From positions 10,488 to 74,487 of the forward strand of contig DATJNM010000019.1 in NCBI GenBank assembly GCA_035508155.1: a stretch of 64,000 nt of DNA, read 5' to 3'. Of the stretch, positions 1 through 9,577 are shown one piece after another. Position 1 is the first letter of the stretch, and each line of letters begins with the position of its first letter. Made by a program: the position numbers and the translations under genes. The notes under the pieces are model-generated. The model saw only the letters and a list, made by a program, of their open reading frames with translations. It had not been told where the DNA came from and made no database searches. Source of the DNA: Candidatus Sulfopaludibacter sp. (GTDB taxonomy: Bacteria; Verrucomicrobiota; Verrucomicrobiia; Limisphaerales; UBA11358).

Positions 1-380
1 ACGAGTCGCGCCCGGCCAACCGCCTGGAGCAACTCGGCCAGCCGTCCTTCATCCACGCGGCCTTCACGAAAAACCCAGCTGGTGACAATGACGTGGGATG
101 CGCCGGCATCAAGCCAGCCCCGGGCGTTTTGCGCGTTGACGCCGCCGCCAACTTGCAGGCCGCCGGGGTATGCGGCCAGCGCCGCCCGCGCCTCCGGCTC
201 ATTCCCCGGACCGAGCATGACGACGTGGCCGCCGGCCAAGCCGTCGCGCCGGTAGAGTTCAGCAAACCACACGGCGGATTTTTCCGAGACAAAATTCGTC
301 TGCAAGCCGGAACCGCCGAGGGTGCCACCGACGATTTGCTTAACCTTGCCTTCGTGCAGGTCAATGCAGGGTCGAAACAT
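1..380 (-). CDS. hisA: HIS6-type HisA (ProFAR isomerase), N-terminal part; the 3' end runs off the window
   Basis: The minus-strand translation from the ATG (complement of 378-380) reads [61 protein letters not shown]... [18 protein letters not shown] is the N-terminal signature of the eukaryote-like HisA family. It is absent from the ORF track because there is no stop inside the window. Confidence 0.75.
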   Translation of the reverse strand, partial: MFRPCIDLHEGKVKQIVGGTLGGSGLQTNFVSEKSAVWFAELYRRDGLAGGHVVMLGPGNEPEARAALAAYPGGLQVGGGVNAQNARGWLDAGASHVIVTSWVFREGRVDEGRLAELLQAVGRARL

Positions 381-907
381 GCTGTTAACCTAAAATCGCC
401 GCGCACCGGTTCCAAGCGCCAATTTGCCGAATCAGAATTTCCGGGCAGCGGGGGAACCGGCTCTGTTGTTGCCGGCGACGCATAAGTGTCTGAGACTGTT
501 TCAGGAATCTAAAAACTCTTCCCTTGCTGATCAGATGTTGTCCGGCTGCGGCAGCCTGAATGGCTTTTGGCGCAGATTTTCTGCAAAACCCAAAAACCTG
601 AAAGGCGCGATGACAGTGGGCATCGCGGGAGGCATTTAACAGTGCGGCGGTGTGGCTTTGTCGGGTGGAAACACGGTCGAAACGAAGTGTAACCAGACCA
701 GGATTTCACGCGTCGAGATTCCTGAATAAAACGTTGAGATAAAATCCAATGCGTTCCAACCGATTGCTTCCAGTCCTGCGCGGCATTGGATTTGACACCC
801 CGCCCGATGTGGGCAAGTCTGATGACGTCGTTTTGATGAAGATACCACCAATGGGGCAGTCAGATTCCACGCAAGGCGGGTTTGCACGCGTGCCGCATGA
901 AAGCAGG

Positions 908-3769
908 ATGATATTATCTCTGATTTTCTTTCTATCCATCGGCGATCCACTGCTCGGCGCGAACCCTTATGGCCTCGATTCGCGCCCGGCCATCGGCGCT
1001 TTTTTGAATGGGGCCATGCCGGAAACCGCGCCCGGCATTTCGGGCGACTGGTCGGCGGTGGTGGCGTTTCCGAATTTGCTTTTCACCAACGCCGTCGGCC
1101 TCACGTCGGTGCCCGGTACGAAGGAATTGTGCGTCTGGGAACGCGAAGGCAGGGTTTGGACGTTTAAAAATGATCCGGGCGCAACCCGAAAGAAACTCGT
1201 GCTCGATGTCCACAATCAATGCCAGGGTTGGGATGATTCCGGATTGCTGGGGGTGGCATTTCATCCGGGCTTTGCCACGAACCATTTTATCTTCGTCTAT
1301 TATACGTGGTGTCCGCCCGGCAAGGTGGCCGGCAGTCCGACGGTTCGTCCGCCGCCCATGGGCAATTACCACGACCGGCTCGAACGCTACACGCTCGATG
1401 CCCATGGCGTGGCGATTCCCGGTTCCCGGACCGTTTTGATTGATTTGGCCGACCAGACCATCTGGCACCACGGCGGCGGCATGTTTTTTCACCCGACGAA
1501 CGGATTTCTTTATCTGACCATCGGCGATAATTCCGTCGGCGACAATGACCAGGTCATCAACAAAAGCCTCTTCGGCGGGGTGCTGCGGCTGGATGTGGAT
1601 TGCCGCGGCGGCACCCTCAGCCATCCGATCCCGCGCCAGCCGCTCAACGGTCACACGGCGAATTATTTCATTCCCAACGACAATCCCTTCGTCGGTCGAT
1701 CCAACGTGCTGGAGGAATTTTTCTGCATCGGCCTGCGCAGCCCGCACCGCATGACCTACGACCCGGCCACCGGCCGGATTTTCATCGGTGACGTCGGCGA
1801 AAGCGCGCGCGAGGAAGTGGATATTATTGAGCCGGGCGAGTCCGGCCTGAATTTCCAGTGGCCCTACTGCGAAGGCAAGCTCGGCAAGATGCCGGCGTCT
1901 TACCTCGGCATCAGCCGCGGGCCGGTATTGGATTACCCGCACAGTGACGGACGCGCGGTCATCGGCGGTTATGTTTACCGCGGCCAAAAATTCGCCGCCG
2001 ATCTCGGGGGCAAGTACATCTTCGGCGACAATGTGATGCGGATCATCTGGACCATGGACGAGACGACGACGCCGGTGGCCAAACACCTGCTCTGCACGAT
2101 TCCCAAGGGTTCCGGCCCAAATTCCGGCTCCGATTACACCGGGCTTTCGTCGTTCGGCACCGATGCGAACGGCGAAATTTACATGTGCCAGATGAGCAGC
2201 ATCGGGGGGCGCATTTACACCCTGGCTCGCGGTGGACCGCCGCCGCCGACCCATCCCTTCCCCAGATTGCTCTCGCAGACCGGCGCGTTCCGCGACCTGC
2301 GCACGATGCAGCCGGCCAACGGCCTCATCCCCTACTCCGTCAACACGCCGTTGTGGTCGGATGGCGCGGTCAAAATGCGCTGGATGGCGTTGCCCACCGG
2401 CACGACCATACATTTTGCGGCAGATGGCGATTGGCAATTCCCCGCCGGAACAGTCTTCATCAAAACGTTTCAACTGCCCGTGGACGATACGAACCCGCAA
2501 ATCTTGCGCCGGCTCGAAACGCGCCTGCTCGTGCGGGATACCAACGGCACGGTTTACGGCGCGAGTTATAAATGGCGCGCCGACCATGGCGACGCGGATT
2601 TGGTCACCGCGGGTATCACCGAGCCGATTGAAATCAAAACCGCGACCGGTATTCGCACGCAAAACTGGTTTTATCCCGGGCGCCAGGACTGCCTGACTTG
2701 CCACACGGTCGCCTCCGGCGGTGTGCTGGGGGTAAAAACCCGCCAGCTCAATGGCGATTATCAGTATCCCACCGGCGTTAGCGACAACCAGCTCCGGGCC
2801 TGGAACCACGTTGGCCTGTTCGATGCCAAACTCGACGAAAGCGAGATCCCCCGTTTTACCAGACTGGTCGCCGTCACCGACACCGCCGCGCCGCTCGAAT
2901 CCCGCGCCCGTTCTTACCTGGACGCCAACTGCGCGCAATGCCATCGGCCCGGCGGGGTCGAGGCGTTCTTTGATACCCGATTCGATACGCCGCTCGAGAA
3001 ACAGGACCTTATTAATGGTCCGGTCGCCAATCCCCTCGGCATTTCCGGCGCGAAAATCATTGTGCCCGATAACGTGTCCAAATCCGTCCTGCTTCATCGC
3101 GTCAGTATTGCCGGCGAGGGACAAATGCCCCCGCTGGCCCGCAATGTGACCGATACCAATGCCGTCGCCGTTCTCGCGGCCTGGATCAATTCCCTGTCGC
3201 GGATCGCGCCGTCGTTGCCGCCGGGCTGGAAGCACGCCGACATCGGAGCTGTCGGCGTGGCCGGCGACGCCGGTTATGCCGACGGACGTTTTAATCTGGT
3301 CGCCTCGGGCACGGATATTTGGAGCACTGCCGACGGCTGTCACTTCGCCGGGGTGCCGCTGACCGGTGACGGACAAATCATCGCGCACATCATTTCGATG
3401 CAATACACCGACCCGTGGGCGAAGGCGGGCGTCATGTTCCGGGAAAATTTCTCCGCCGGCGCGAAGGATGCCATGATGATTGTGACCGCCGGCGGCAGCT
3501 CGGTTTACCAACGGCGCGTGAAGACCGACGGACCCACCTGGAATACCGACGGACCAGCCGTCAATGTGTCCTGCTGGGTGCGCCTGGTCCGCGCCGGCGA
3601 CAAATTCACCGGTTACGTTTCGCCGGACGGCCAGGATTGGCACTGGGTGGATAGCATTGCGGTGCCGATGGGCAAAAGCGCTTACATCGGACTCGTTCTC
3701 ACCGCGCACAACAACAAGGAATTAAACTCCACGCTCTTCGACCACGTCACGATCACGCCCTCGCCCTAA
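908..3769 (+). CDS. Secreted three-module protein: glucose/sorbosone-dehydrogenase-like beta-propeller, a region with two CxxCH haem-c motifs, and a C-terminal concanavalin/LamG-like (DUF1349-type) domain
   Basis: ORF 749-3769. The likely start is ATG 908, which gives a hydrophobic leader (MILSLIFFLSIG). Propeller motifs are GLLGVAFHPGF, HHGGGMFFHP and RSPHRMTYDP..IGDVGE. The haem motifs are DCLTCH and NCAQCHRPGG...GQMPPLA. The C-terminal module reads WKHADIG..DIWSTADGCHF..WAKAGVMFRE. Confidence 0.7.
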   Translation: MILSLIFFLSIGDPLLGANPYGLDSRPAIGAFLNGAMPETAPGISGDWSAVVAFPNLLFTNAVGLTSVPGTKELCVWEREGRVWTFKNDPGATRKKLVLDVHNQCQGWDDSGLLGVAFHPGFATNHFIFVYYTWCPPGKVAGSPTVRPPPMGNYHDRLERYTLDAHGVAIPGSRTVLIDLADQTIWHHGGGMFFHPTNGFLYLTIGDNSVGDNDQVINKSLFGGVLRLDVDCRGGTLSHPIPRQPLNGHTANYFIPNDNPFVGRSNVLEEFFCIGLRSPHRMTYDPATGRIFIGDVGESAREEVDIIEPGESGLNFQWPYCEGKLGKMPASYLGISRGPVLDYPHSDGRAVIGGYVYRGQKFAADLGGKYIFGDNVMRIIWTMDETTTPVAKHLLCTIPKGSGPNSGSDYTGLSSFGTDANGEIYMCQMSSIGGRIYTLARGGPPPPTHPFPRLLSQTGAFRDLRTMQPANGLIPYSVNTPLWSDGAVKMRWMALPTGTTIHFAADGDWQFPAGTVFIKTFQLPVDDTNPQILRRLETRLLVRDTNGTVYGASYKWRADHGDADLVTAGITEPIEIKTATGIRTQNWFYPGRQDCLTCHTVASGGVLGVKTRQLNGDYQYPTGVSDNQLRAWNHVGLFDAKLDESEIPRFTRLVAVTDTAAPLESRARSYLDANCAQCHRPGGVEAFFDTRFDTPLEKQDLINGPVANPLGISGAKIIVPDNVSKSVLLHRVSIAGEGQMPPLARNVTDTNAVAVLAAWINSLSRIAPSLPPGWKHADIGAVGVAGDAGYADGRFNLVASGTDIWSTADGCHFAGVPLTGDGQIIAHIISMQYTDPWAKAGVMFRENFSAGAKDAMMIVTAGGSSVYQRRVKTDGPTWNTDGPAVNVSCWVRLVRAGDKFTGYVSPDGQDWHWVDSIAVPMGKSAYIGLVLTAHNNKELNSTLFDHVTITPSP

Positions 3770-3775
3770 AGCAGC

Positions 3776-3801
3776 AGCGGACGTCAGTCCGCTCAATTTT
3801 T
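3776..3801 (+). terminator. Rho-independent terminator after the 908-3769 gene
   Basis: Stem agcggac (3776-3782) pairs with gtccgct (3787-3793), with loop gtca, followed by ttttt at 3797-3801. Confidence 0.7.
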
Positions 3802-3975
3802 GGATGGAGCCGACTCACGTCGGCCGTTACCCACCCAGGCCTGCCCAATTCCAGCTTCATCCGTGGTTGATAATCCCCTTCCCGTCTCGACAATGGCGAA
3901 ATTTTTCCTAGATTGTTGGAATGTCGTTTGACTGGCATGGTCGAAAATCCGCCAATCGTAGATCGTAAATCATAA

Positions 3976-4755
3976 ATGAATGAGCCGTTGGTCATCGCCG
4001 GCAGAAGTTTCCGGTCGCGCCTGATCCTGGGCACGGGAAAATTTTCGTCGCCGGACGCCATGCGCGACGCCCTCGACGCCAGCGGCGCGGAATTGGTCAC
4101 CGTCGCCCTGCGCCGCGCCGATCTGTCCGGGAAGCACGATCCGTTCGCGAATATTCTGGAATTCATTGACCCGAAGAAATATCTCCTGCTGCCCAATACC
4201 AGCGGCGCGATGAACGCGGAAGAAGCCGTCCGGCTCGCGCGCCTGGCCGCCGCCGCCGGCTTGCCGAAATGGGTCAAACTCGAAATCCATCCCGACCCGC
4301 GCTATCTGCTCCCGGATCCGGTGGAAACATTCCGGGCCGCCGAAATGCTGGTGAAGGAAGGATTCACCGTACTGCCTTACATCAACGCCGATCCGGTGCT
4401 GGCCAAGCGGTTGCAGGACGCCGGTTGCGCGACGGTGATGCCGCTCGGCTCGCCCATCGGTTCAAATCGCGGCATCCAGACGCGCGACCAAATTCGCATC
4501 ATCATCGAGCAGGCCACAGTGCCCGTGGTCGTGGATGCCGGTCTCGGCGCGCCCAGCCACGCCGCCGAGGCGATGGAGATGGGCGCCGACGCCGTGCTCG
4601 TCAACACCGCCATTGCCGTTTCGAGCGATCCGAACCGCATCGCGGTTGCCTTCAAAACCGCGGTCGAAGCCGGACGCACCGCCTATGAAACCGGGCTGGC
4701 CGCGCAACAGGAGGCCGCCAGCGCCACCAGCCCGCTAACAGCATTTCTGGATTAG
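3976..4755 (+). CDS. thiG: Thiazole synthase ThiG
   Basis: 259 aa. The N-terminus [19 protein letters not shown], then VTVALRR, LLPNTSG and the overall length are typical of ThiG. Confidence 0.95.
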   Translation: MNEPLVIAGRSFRSRLILGTGKFSSPDAMRDALDASGAELVTVALRRADLSGKHDPFANILEFIDPKKYLLLPNTSGAMNAEEAVRLARLAAAAGLPKWVKLEIHPDPRYLLPDPVETFRAAEMLVKEGFTVLPYINADPVLAKRLQDAGCATVMPLGSPIGSNRGIQTRDQIRIIIEQATVPVVVDAGLGAPSHAAEAMEMGADAVLVNTAIAVSSDPNRIAVAFKTAVEAGRTAYETGLAAQQEAASATSPLTAFLD

Positions 4756-4992
4756 GCAAATAGTCCTCAGCCCGGAATCGGGGGAATTTTACAGGACAGA
4801 CCAACGGAATTTTAGGCACTGGCCGGCTTTCCCGGGAAAAAAATGTTGTGACCGGGCCGCCAGCAAGTTAAACGTCGTCGCCCCCGCCGTATCAGCTTCC
4901 ACTCCCGACTGTTTTTCCCCGCGCGTCTGGTTCTCGGGAATATTTGCGCCGGAGCACCATGGCATTAGAGTTGCTATTCGTCGCAAACGGAA

Positions 4993-5775
4993 ATGAACAG
5001 TCGTTCAATTGCAATTACCGTCGCCGTTCTCGTCGTATCCACCGTGGCTGGATTCGCACAGGATTGGACCAAGGGCTCGCAAGGTTCAACGGTTTGGACG
5101 ATGCCCGGCTCGCAGGCCCAGACCCAGAACCCGCAGACGCAGCCTGGGGAATCGCAGTTTTATCTGACACGAAACCTGTATAGCAGGGTCAACGTCGGTC
5201 TTCTGTATCAGCAGGACGCCACCTTGGATCAAACAATCTCATCGAGCGTCCCGCCCCCCATAACCACCAGCGGGACGGCGACGTTTAATCTGGGTCTCCG
5301 GGCCGATGCGGCCCTGGGTTATAACTTCAACCGCAGATGGGCGGTGGAATTCGATACCGGCCTGCTTTGGAACTCCATGGACAAGGTGGGCACCAATTCG
5401 CTGAGTTCCCTTGGCCAAAGCGCCGACATCTATACGGTGCCTTTCCTGGTGGACGTGACTTACCAGATACCGATCAAGGGTCCATGGTCTGCCTACGTGG
5501 GAGCGGGCGCCGGCGGAGCGGCCACCTTCCTCTCTTACAATACGAGTGGAACCACTTTGAGTGACACCGCCTTCACCTTTGCCTATCAGGCGCAACTGGG
5601 CGTGAACTACGCTTTGACCAAAAATGCTTCCTTCAACCTCGACTACGAGTTTCTGGGCATGACGGACCCGAACTGGCAGGCCAGCGCCAATGTTGGTGGC
5701 CCGACCAACTTTCAATTCAAGGAAAAAGGCTTTTACAGCCACACCATCGCCATCAGCTTTACCTGGAGGTTCTAA
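4993..5775 (+). CDS. Outer-membrane beta-barrel protein (OmpW/OmpA-like small porin fold)
   Basis: Signal peptide MNSRSIAITVAVLVVSTVAGFAQ, alternating amphipathic beta-strand pattern, and the terminal aromatic motif FTWRF. Confidence 0.65.
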   Translation: MNSRSIAITVAVLVVSTVAGFAQDWTKGSQGSTVWTMPGSQAQTQNPQTQPGESQFYLTRNLYSRVNVGLLYQQDATLDQTISSSVPPPITTSGTATFNLGLRADAALGYNFNRRWAVEFDTGLLWNSMDKVGTNSLSSLGQSADIYTVPFLVDVTYQIPIKGPWSAYVGAGAGGAATFLSYNTSGTTLSDTAFTFAYQAQLGVNYALTKNASFNLDYEFLGMTDPNWQASANVGGPTNFQFKEKGFYSHTIAISFTWRF

Positions 5776-5800
5776 CCCCGCTCAAAATCAGATCGTGGCT

Positions 5801-5836
5801 CCGCGCCCCGATTCGTAACGGGGGCGCGGAATTGTT
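5801..5836 (+). terminator. Terminator-like hairpin after the OMP gene
   Basis: A 10-bp GC stem ccgcgccccg (5801-5810) pairs with cggggcgcgg (5820-5829) around an 8-nt loop. The following T tract (aattgtt) is weak. Confidence 0.5.
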
Positions 5837-5998
5837 CAAGCGGTTCAATAATTTCCGCAGCCGCCGAGGTAACGAGGCGGAACTTAAGCCAGAAGATCCG
5901 TCGGCTCACGGCGGCGTCGGCAGTTTTCCGGGAACCGCTCCCGCCGGCCACCGGACCTCAATTCTTTGTTTCCTTCGCCGGCCAATACGGGTTAAAAG

Positions 5999-7018
5999 AT
6001 GGTCGTGAATTACACCACCTTGCCCGTTGGGCGCGTCCGGAAACTGCTGGCCACCGCGCGCCAGGCCCGCGTGCTGGTCGTCGGCGACGTCATGCTGGAC
6101 CAGTTCATCTGGGGCGGCGTGTCGCGCATTTCACCCGAAGCGCCGGTGCCCGTGGTGGAATTCGTCCGCGAAAGCTTTATGCCGGGCGGCGCGGCCAACG
6201 TGGCGCGCAACCTGGCCGCGTTGAATGTCTTCACGGAAGTGTTCGGCATGATTGGACGCGATGAAAACGGCCGGCGTTTGAAGGACCTGCTCTGCGGACA
6301 AAACATCCATTGCGGCGGCCTGCTGGCCGACGGCGCGCGGCCGACCAGTGTCAAAACCCGCATCGTCGCACACCAGCAACAGGTCGTCCGCATTGACCGC
6401 GAAACCCGCGACGGTCTGGACGCGCGCCTGACCGGGCGTTTGCTGGCGGAAATCAAATCAAAACTCCCGAAGGCCGACGCCGTGATTGTCGGCGATTACG
6501 GCAAAGGCGTCATCACGCAGCCGTTGCTCAATGAACTTAAATCGCTTTGCCGCGCGCGCGGCGTCTGGTTGAGTTTTGATCCCAAACCGGTTCATCATTT
6601 GAACCTGGCCGGCCTTTCGCTCATCACACCCAACCGCAAGGAAGCGTTTGAACTGGCGAATCTGCCGGATGAAACACGCAAGGCAAATCCGATTGCTGAC
6701 ACCAATCTCATGCTGGTCGCCGAGCGCCTGCTCAATGCACTGCGGCCGGCCGTACTGCTGATTACCCTCGGCGAACTCGGCATGTTGCTCTGTCAACGCA
6801 ACCAGAAGCCGGTCCACATTCCAACCGTGGCACAGGAAGTGTTTGACGTTTCCGGCGCGGGCGACACGGTCATCGCCACGTTTACGCTGGGGATTGCCGC
6901 CGGCGCGTCGCCGCTGGAAGCGGCCGCCTTGTCGAATCACGCGGCCGGCATTGTCGTCGGCAAGGTCGGCACCGCCACCACCACACCGGAGGAGTTGCTG
7001 AATAGTTTTAACCGCTGA
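5999..7018 (+). CDS. rfaE1: D-glycero-beta-D-manno-heptose-7-phosphate kinase (RfaE domain I, PfkB family)
   Basis: 339 aa. VLVVGDVMLDQFIWGGVSRISPEAPVPVV is the HldE/RfaE kinase-domain signature. The PfkB C-terminal motif DVSGAGDTVIA is present. Confidence 0.8.
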   Translation: MVVNYTTLPVGRVRKLLATARQARVLVVGDVMLDQFIWGGVSRISPEAPVPVVEFVRESFMPGGAANVARNLAALNVFTEVFGMIGRDENGRRLKDLLCGQNIHCGGLLADGARPTSVKTRIVAHQQQVVRIDRETRDGLDARLTGRLLAEIKSKLPKADAVIVGDYGKGVITQPLLNELKSLCRARGVWLSFDPKPVHHLNLAGLSLITPNRKEAFELANLPDETRKANPIADTNLMLVAERLLNALRPAVLLITLGELGMLLCQRNQKPVHIPTVAQEVFDVSGAGDTVIATFTLGIAAGASPLEAAALSNHAAGIVVGKVGTATTTPEELLNSFNR

Positions 7019-7056
7019 TAAACGGATGAAGTGGACCGAATCGAAGAAATAATTTA

Positions 7057-7118
7057 CCCCTCGCCCCGCCCCTGTCCCCGCCCAGCGGGGAGAGGGTGAC
7101 CGGAGGTCGGGTGAGGGC
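7057..7118. repeat. GC-rich low-complexity element with a central hairpin
   Basis: cccctcgccccgcccctgtccccgcccagcggggagagggtgaccggaggtcgggtgagggc. The central hairpin is tccccgc (7075-7081), a 3-nt loop, then gcgggga (7085-7091). It lies in the rfaE1-panB spacer. Confidence 0.4.
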
Positions 7119-7157
7119 ATTTTTGCCCATGAAAATTCTTTGCCTCATGGCAACACA

Positions 7158-7928
7158 ATGAGCCAAACCAAAATCACCGTCGAAACCATCTGCGCGATGA
7201 AAAGCCGCGGCGAAAAAATCGCGGCGCTGACGGCTTACGATTTTCCGATGGCGAAATTGCTCGATGAAGCCGGCGTCCCCATCATTTTCGTCGGTGATTC
7301 TCTGGGCATGGTTGTGCTCGGTTATCCTGACACGACGCAGGTGACCATGGCCGACATGGAGCATCATGTCCGTGCCGCTGCGCGGGCGAAGCCGGATGCC
7401 TTGCTGGGCGCGGATTTGCCGTTTAGAAGCTACGAGACGGTGGAAGATGCCCTTAAAAATGCCAAACGCCTTGCTGCCGCCGGCGCGGAATTTGTGAAAG
7501 CCGAAGGGGGACGCGGCATCCTGGACCAGGTTCGCGCCATGATGTCCGCGGGGATTCCATTTTGCGGACATCTGGGCATGTTGCCGCAACACGTGATCGA
7601 AGAAGGCGGTTATCATGTCAAAGGCAAAATAGAAACGGAACAACAGGCTTTGGTGGAGGACGCGCAGGCGCTGGCCAACGCGGGTGCGTTCGCCATTGTT
7701 TTGGAACTGGTAACGCCACCGGTGGCACAGGAATTGACCAAAGCCCTGCCGATTCCAACCATCGGCATCGGCAGCGGCCCTGACTGCGATGGCCAGATTC
7801 TGGTGACGCCGGATTTGATTGGCATGTTTCCGTGGTTCACGCCGCGTTTCGTCAAACCCCGGGTCAATTGTGCAGCGGAAATCAAGGCCGCCGTGGCCGC
7901 CTGGAAAAATTCCCTCATCAAATCTTAA
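7158..7928 (+). CDS. panB: 3-methyl-2-oxobutanoate hydroxymethyltransferase PanB
   Basis: The ORF runs from 7140 (TTG). The in-frame ATG at 7158 gives MSQTKITVETICAMKSRGEKIAALTAYDFPMAKLLDEAGVPIIFVGDSLGMVVLGY, which is canonical PanB. Confidence 0.93.
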   Translation: MSQTKITVETICAMKSRGEKIAALTAYDFPMAKLLDEAGVPIIFVGDSLGMVVLGYPDTTQVTMADMEHHVRAAARAKPDALLGADLPFRSYETVEDALKNAKRLAAAGAEFVKAEGGRGILDQVRAMMSAGIPFCGHLGMLPQHVIEEGGYHVKGKIETEQQALVEDAQALANAGAFAIVLELVTPPVAQELTKALPIPTIGIGSGPDCDGQILVTPDLIGMFPWFTPRFVKPRVNCAAEIKAAVAAWKNSLIKS

Positions 7929-7973
7929 AACTTTTCATTGGCCCAAGTGTTGCTTTAGACAGGCTGAAATCGC

Positions 7974-9158
7974 ATGGAATTGGAATCATTGATTGAATCG
8001 GCGGCGGCCAACGGCGCCAGCGACCTGCACTTGGAAGCCGGAATGCCGGCGGCATTGCGCGTGCGCGGCGCCTTGCGGGTGGCCGGCGAACCGATCGCGC
8101 CGAAGGCGTTGCTGGACATGGCGCGGACGCTTATCGGCGAAAGCCAGTGGCCGGCTTTTCTGGAGCGGCGCTCGTATGACCTGTCCAAAACCGTTCGCGG
8201 CGTCCGCTGCCGGATTAATGTGCTGCAATCCTCGCGGGGCGTTGGCCTGGCCATCCGCCTGCTGACCGCCTTTCAGGCCACCGTGGAGAAACTCAATTTG
8301 CTGCCGGACCTGAAAAGACTGGTCAAAAACACCCACGGCCTGATTCTGATTTGCGGCCCCACCGGCAGCGGCAAATCCTCGACCCTGGCCGCCTTGATCC
8401 AGGAAATCAATCTCACTGATACCCGGCATATCGTCACGGTGGAAAGTCCCATCGAATACACCTTCCGCCCGCGCCGCGCCTACATCCGCCAACGCGAAGT
8501 GGGGCGCGACACGCCGAGTTTCGAGCAGGCCCTGCTGGACGCCTTGCGTGAGGACCCGGATGTATTAATGGTTGGTGAAATGCGCGACCCGGAAACCATG
8601 CGTTTGACTTTGAGCGCGTCGGAGACCGGCCATCTTGTCCTGGCCACGGTCCATTCCTCGACCTGCGCCGAGGCGATCCAGCGCGTGGCTTCGGCGTTCC
8701 CGGCCGAAATTCAAAGCGCTGTCTGCTCGCAACTGGCCGATTGCCTCGTCGCGGTCATTTCGCAACGGCTCCGGTTCCGGCAGGACTTGAACATTCTGGT
8801 CCCCGAATGCGAAATTTTGATGGCGACGCACGCTGTGAAAAACTTCATCCGCACCCGGGAATTTTTCAAAGTCATCACGGCCATCGAAACCGGCGCCGAC
8901 CACGGCATGTGGACCTTCCAGCGTTACGCCAAATGGCTGGAGACGCGGGGCAATTTCTTCATTCCCGGCCAGAACGCGGAACCGCCGGACAGCGAACCGG
9001 CCGAATCGCTCCCAGCCGCCGCTCCACTGCCGCCCATGACCAGCAGCTCGCCAAAAGTGGTGGAAAAGAAAGCCAAGCACCATGTGACCCAAGAAAGCGG
9101 CCGGATTGAAATCGAACCGGTCGAAGGCGAATTCGGCAAAATCCTCAAGAAGCCGTAG
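7974..9158 (+). CDS. pilT: PilT-family type IV pilus retraction ATPase with a roughly 60-aa low-complexity C-terminal tail
   Basis: Walker A GPTGSGKSSTLAALI, the Asp box/Walker B DPDVLMVGEMRD, and the His box GHLVLATVHS. The tail is rich in P/E/S/A. Confidence 0.8.
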   Translation: MELESLIESAAANGASDLHLEAGMPAALRVRGALRVAGEPIAPKALLDMARTLIGESQWPAFLERRSYDLSKTVRGVRCRINVLQSSRGVGLAIRLLTAFQATVEKLNLLPDLKRLVKNTHGLILICGPTGSGKSSTLAALIQEINLTDTRHIVTVESPIEYTFRPRRAYIRQREVGRDTPSFEQALLDALREDPDVLMVGEMRDPETMRLTLSASETGHLVLATVHSSTCAEAIQRVASAFPAEIQSAVCSQLADCLVAVISQRLRFRQDLNILVPECEILMATHAVKNFIRTREFFKVITAIETGADHGMWTFQRYAKWLETRGNFFIPGQNAEPPDSEPAESLPAAAPLPPMTSSSPKVVEKKAKHHVTQESGRIEIEPVEGEFGKILKKP

Positions 9159-9230
9159 CAAGGCAGGCTGTTGCAGCCCGGCGGGATCACCCTATTTGCG
9201 TTAAGTACATACTCCCGTTTTTCTTTTAGC

Positions 9231-9249
9231 TTGGACAGCGTTTGTCCAA
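9231..9249. promoter_or_regulatory. Perfect 7-bp inverted repeat TTGGACA-N5-TGTCCAA, about 40 nt upstream of small ORF 9289
   Basis: ttggaca (9231-9237), spacer gcgtt, tgtccaa (9243-9249). The geometry is operator-like. Confidence 0.35.
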
Positions 9250-9288
9250 CCCCACCCGTTATGATGCCGCAAAAATGAAAGGTTAAAT

Positions 9289-9492
9289 ATGAACAACGAA
9301 CAACTCGAACTCGGCATCCATGGTGGCAAAGTCCTCTTAAATCCCGCAACGCAGAACCGGCGCACCCGCGCCGACTGGTGGTTCACCCAGATGCGAAACA
9401 TCGTAAGCCGCGCCATGGATTGGGATTCTGCCGGCAGGCCGCGCCCGGAACAAATCTGGATTCCGGGCGCCCACCGCGAAGTGAAAGTCTGA
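9289..9492 (+). CDS. Small basic hypothetical protein (67 aa) with the motif RRTRADWWFTQMRNIV
   Basis: ATG start, and the only ORF in a 350-nt gap between pilT and the convergent esterase gene. It carries an Arg-rich/aromatic motif. I cannot assign a family. Confidence 0.4.
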   Translation: MNNEQLELGIHGGKVLLNPATQNRRTRADWWFTQMRNIVSRAMDWDSAGRPRPEQIWIPGAHREVKV

Positions 9493-9505
9493 CACTTTGG
9501 CAGGT

Positions 9506-9577
9506 GAAATCGGAGGGACGAGTTACGCGAGTCCCTGAATTATCCGGGACTCACAGAGCTCGTCCCTCCGAAATTTC
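9506..9577 (+). repeat. REP-like nested-hairpin element, copy R1
   Basis: gaaatcggagggacgag...ctcgtccctccgaaatttc forms the outer stem and gagtccc/gggactc the inner stem. It is homologous to the copies at 40018-40086 (opposite orientation) and 44524-44596. Confidence 0.8.

Noticed and set aside
932-3709. 925-aa ORF on the minus strand
   Set aside because: It is entirely antisense to the well-supported 908-3769 gene. Its composition is Arg/Gly/Ala/Pro-rich with no motifs, which is the typical shadow ORF of GC-rich DNA.
3770-3975. Expected TPP riboswitch in the thiG leader
   Set aside because: I could not find the conserved CUGAGA and ACCUGA-type cores on either strand, so it is not called. 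An Infernal scan would be decisive.
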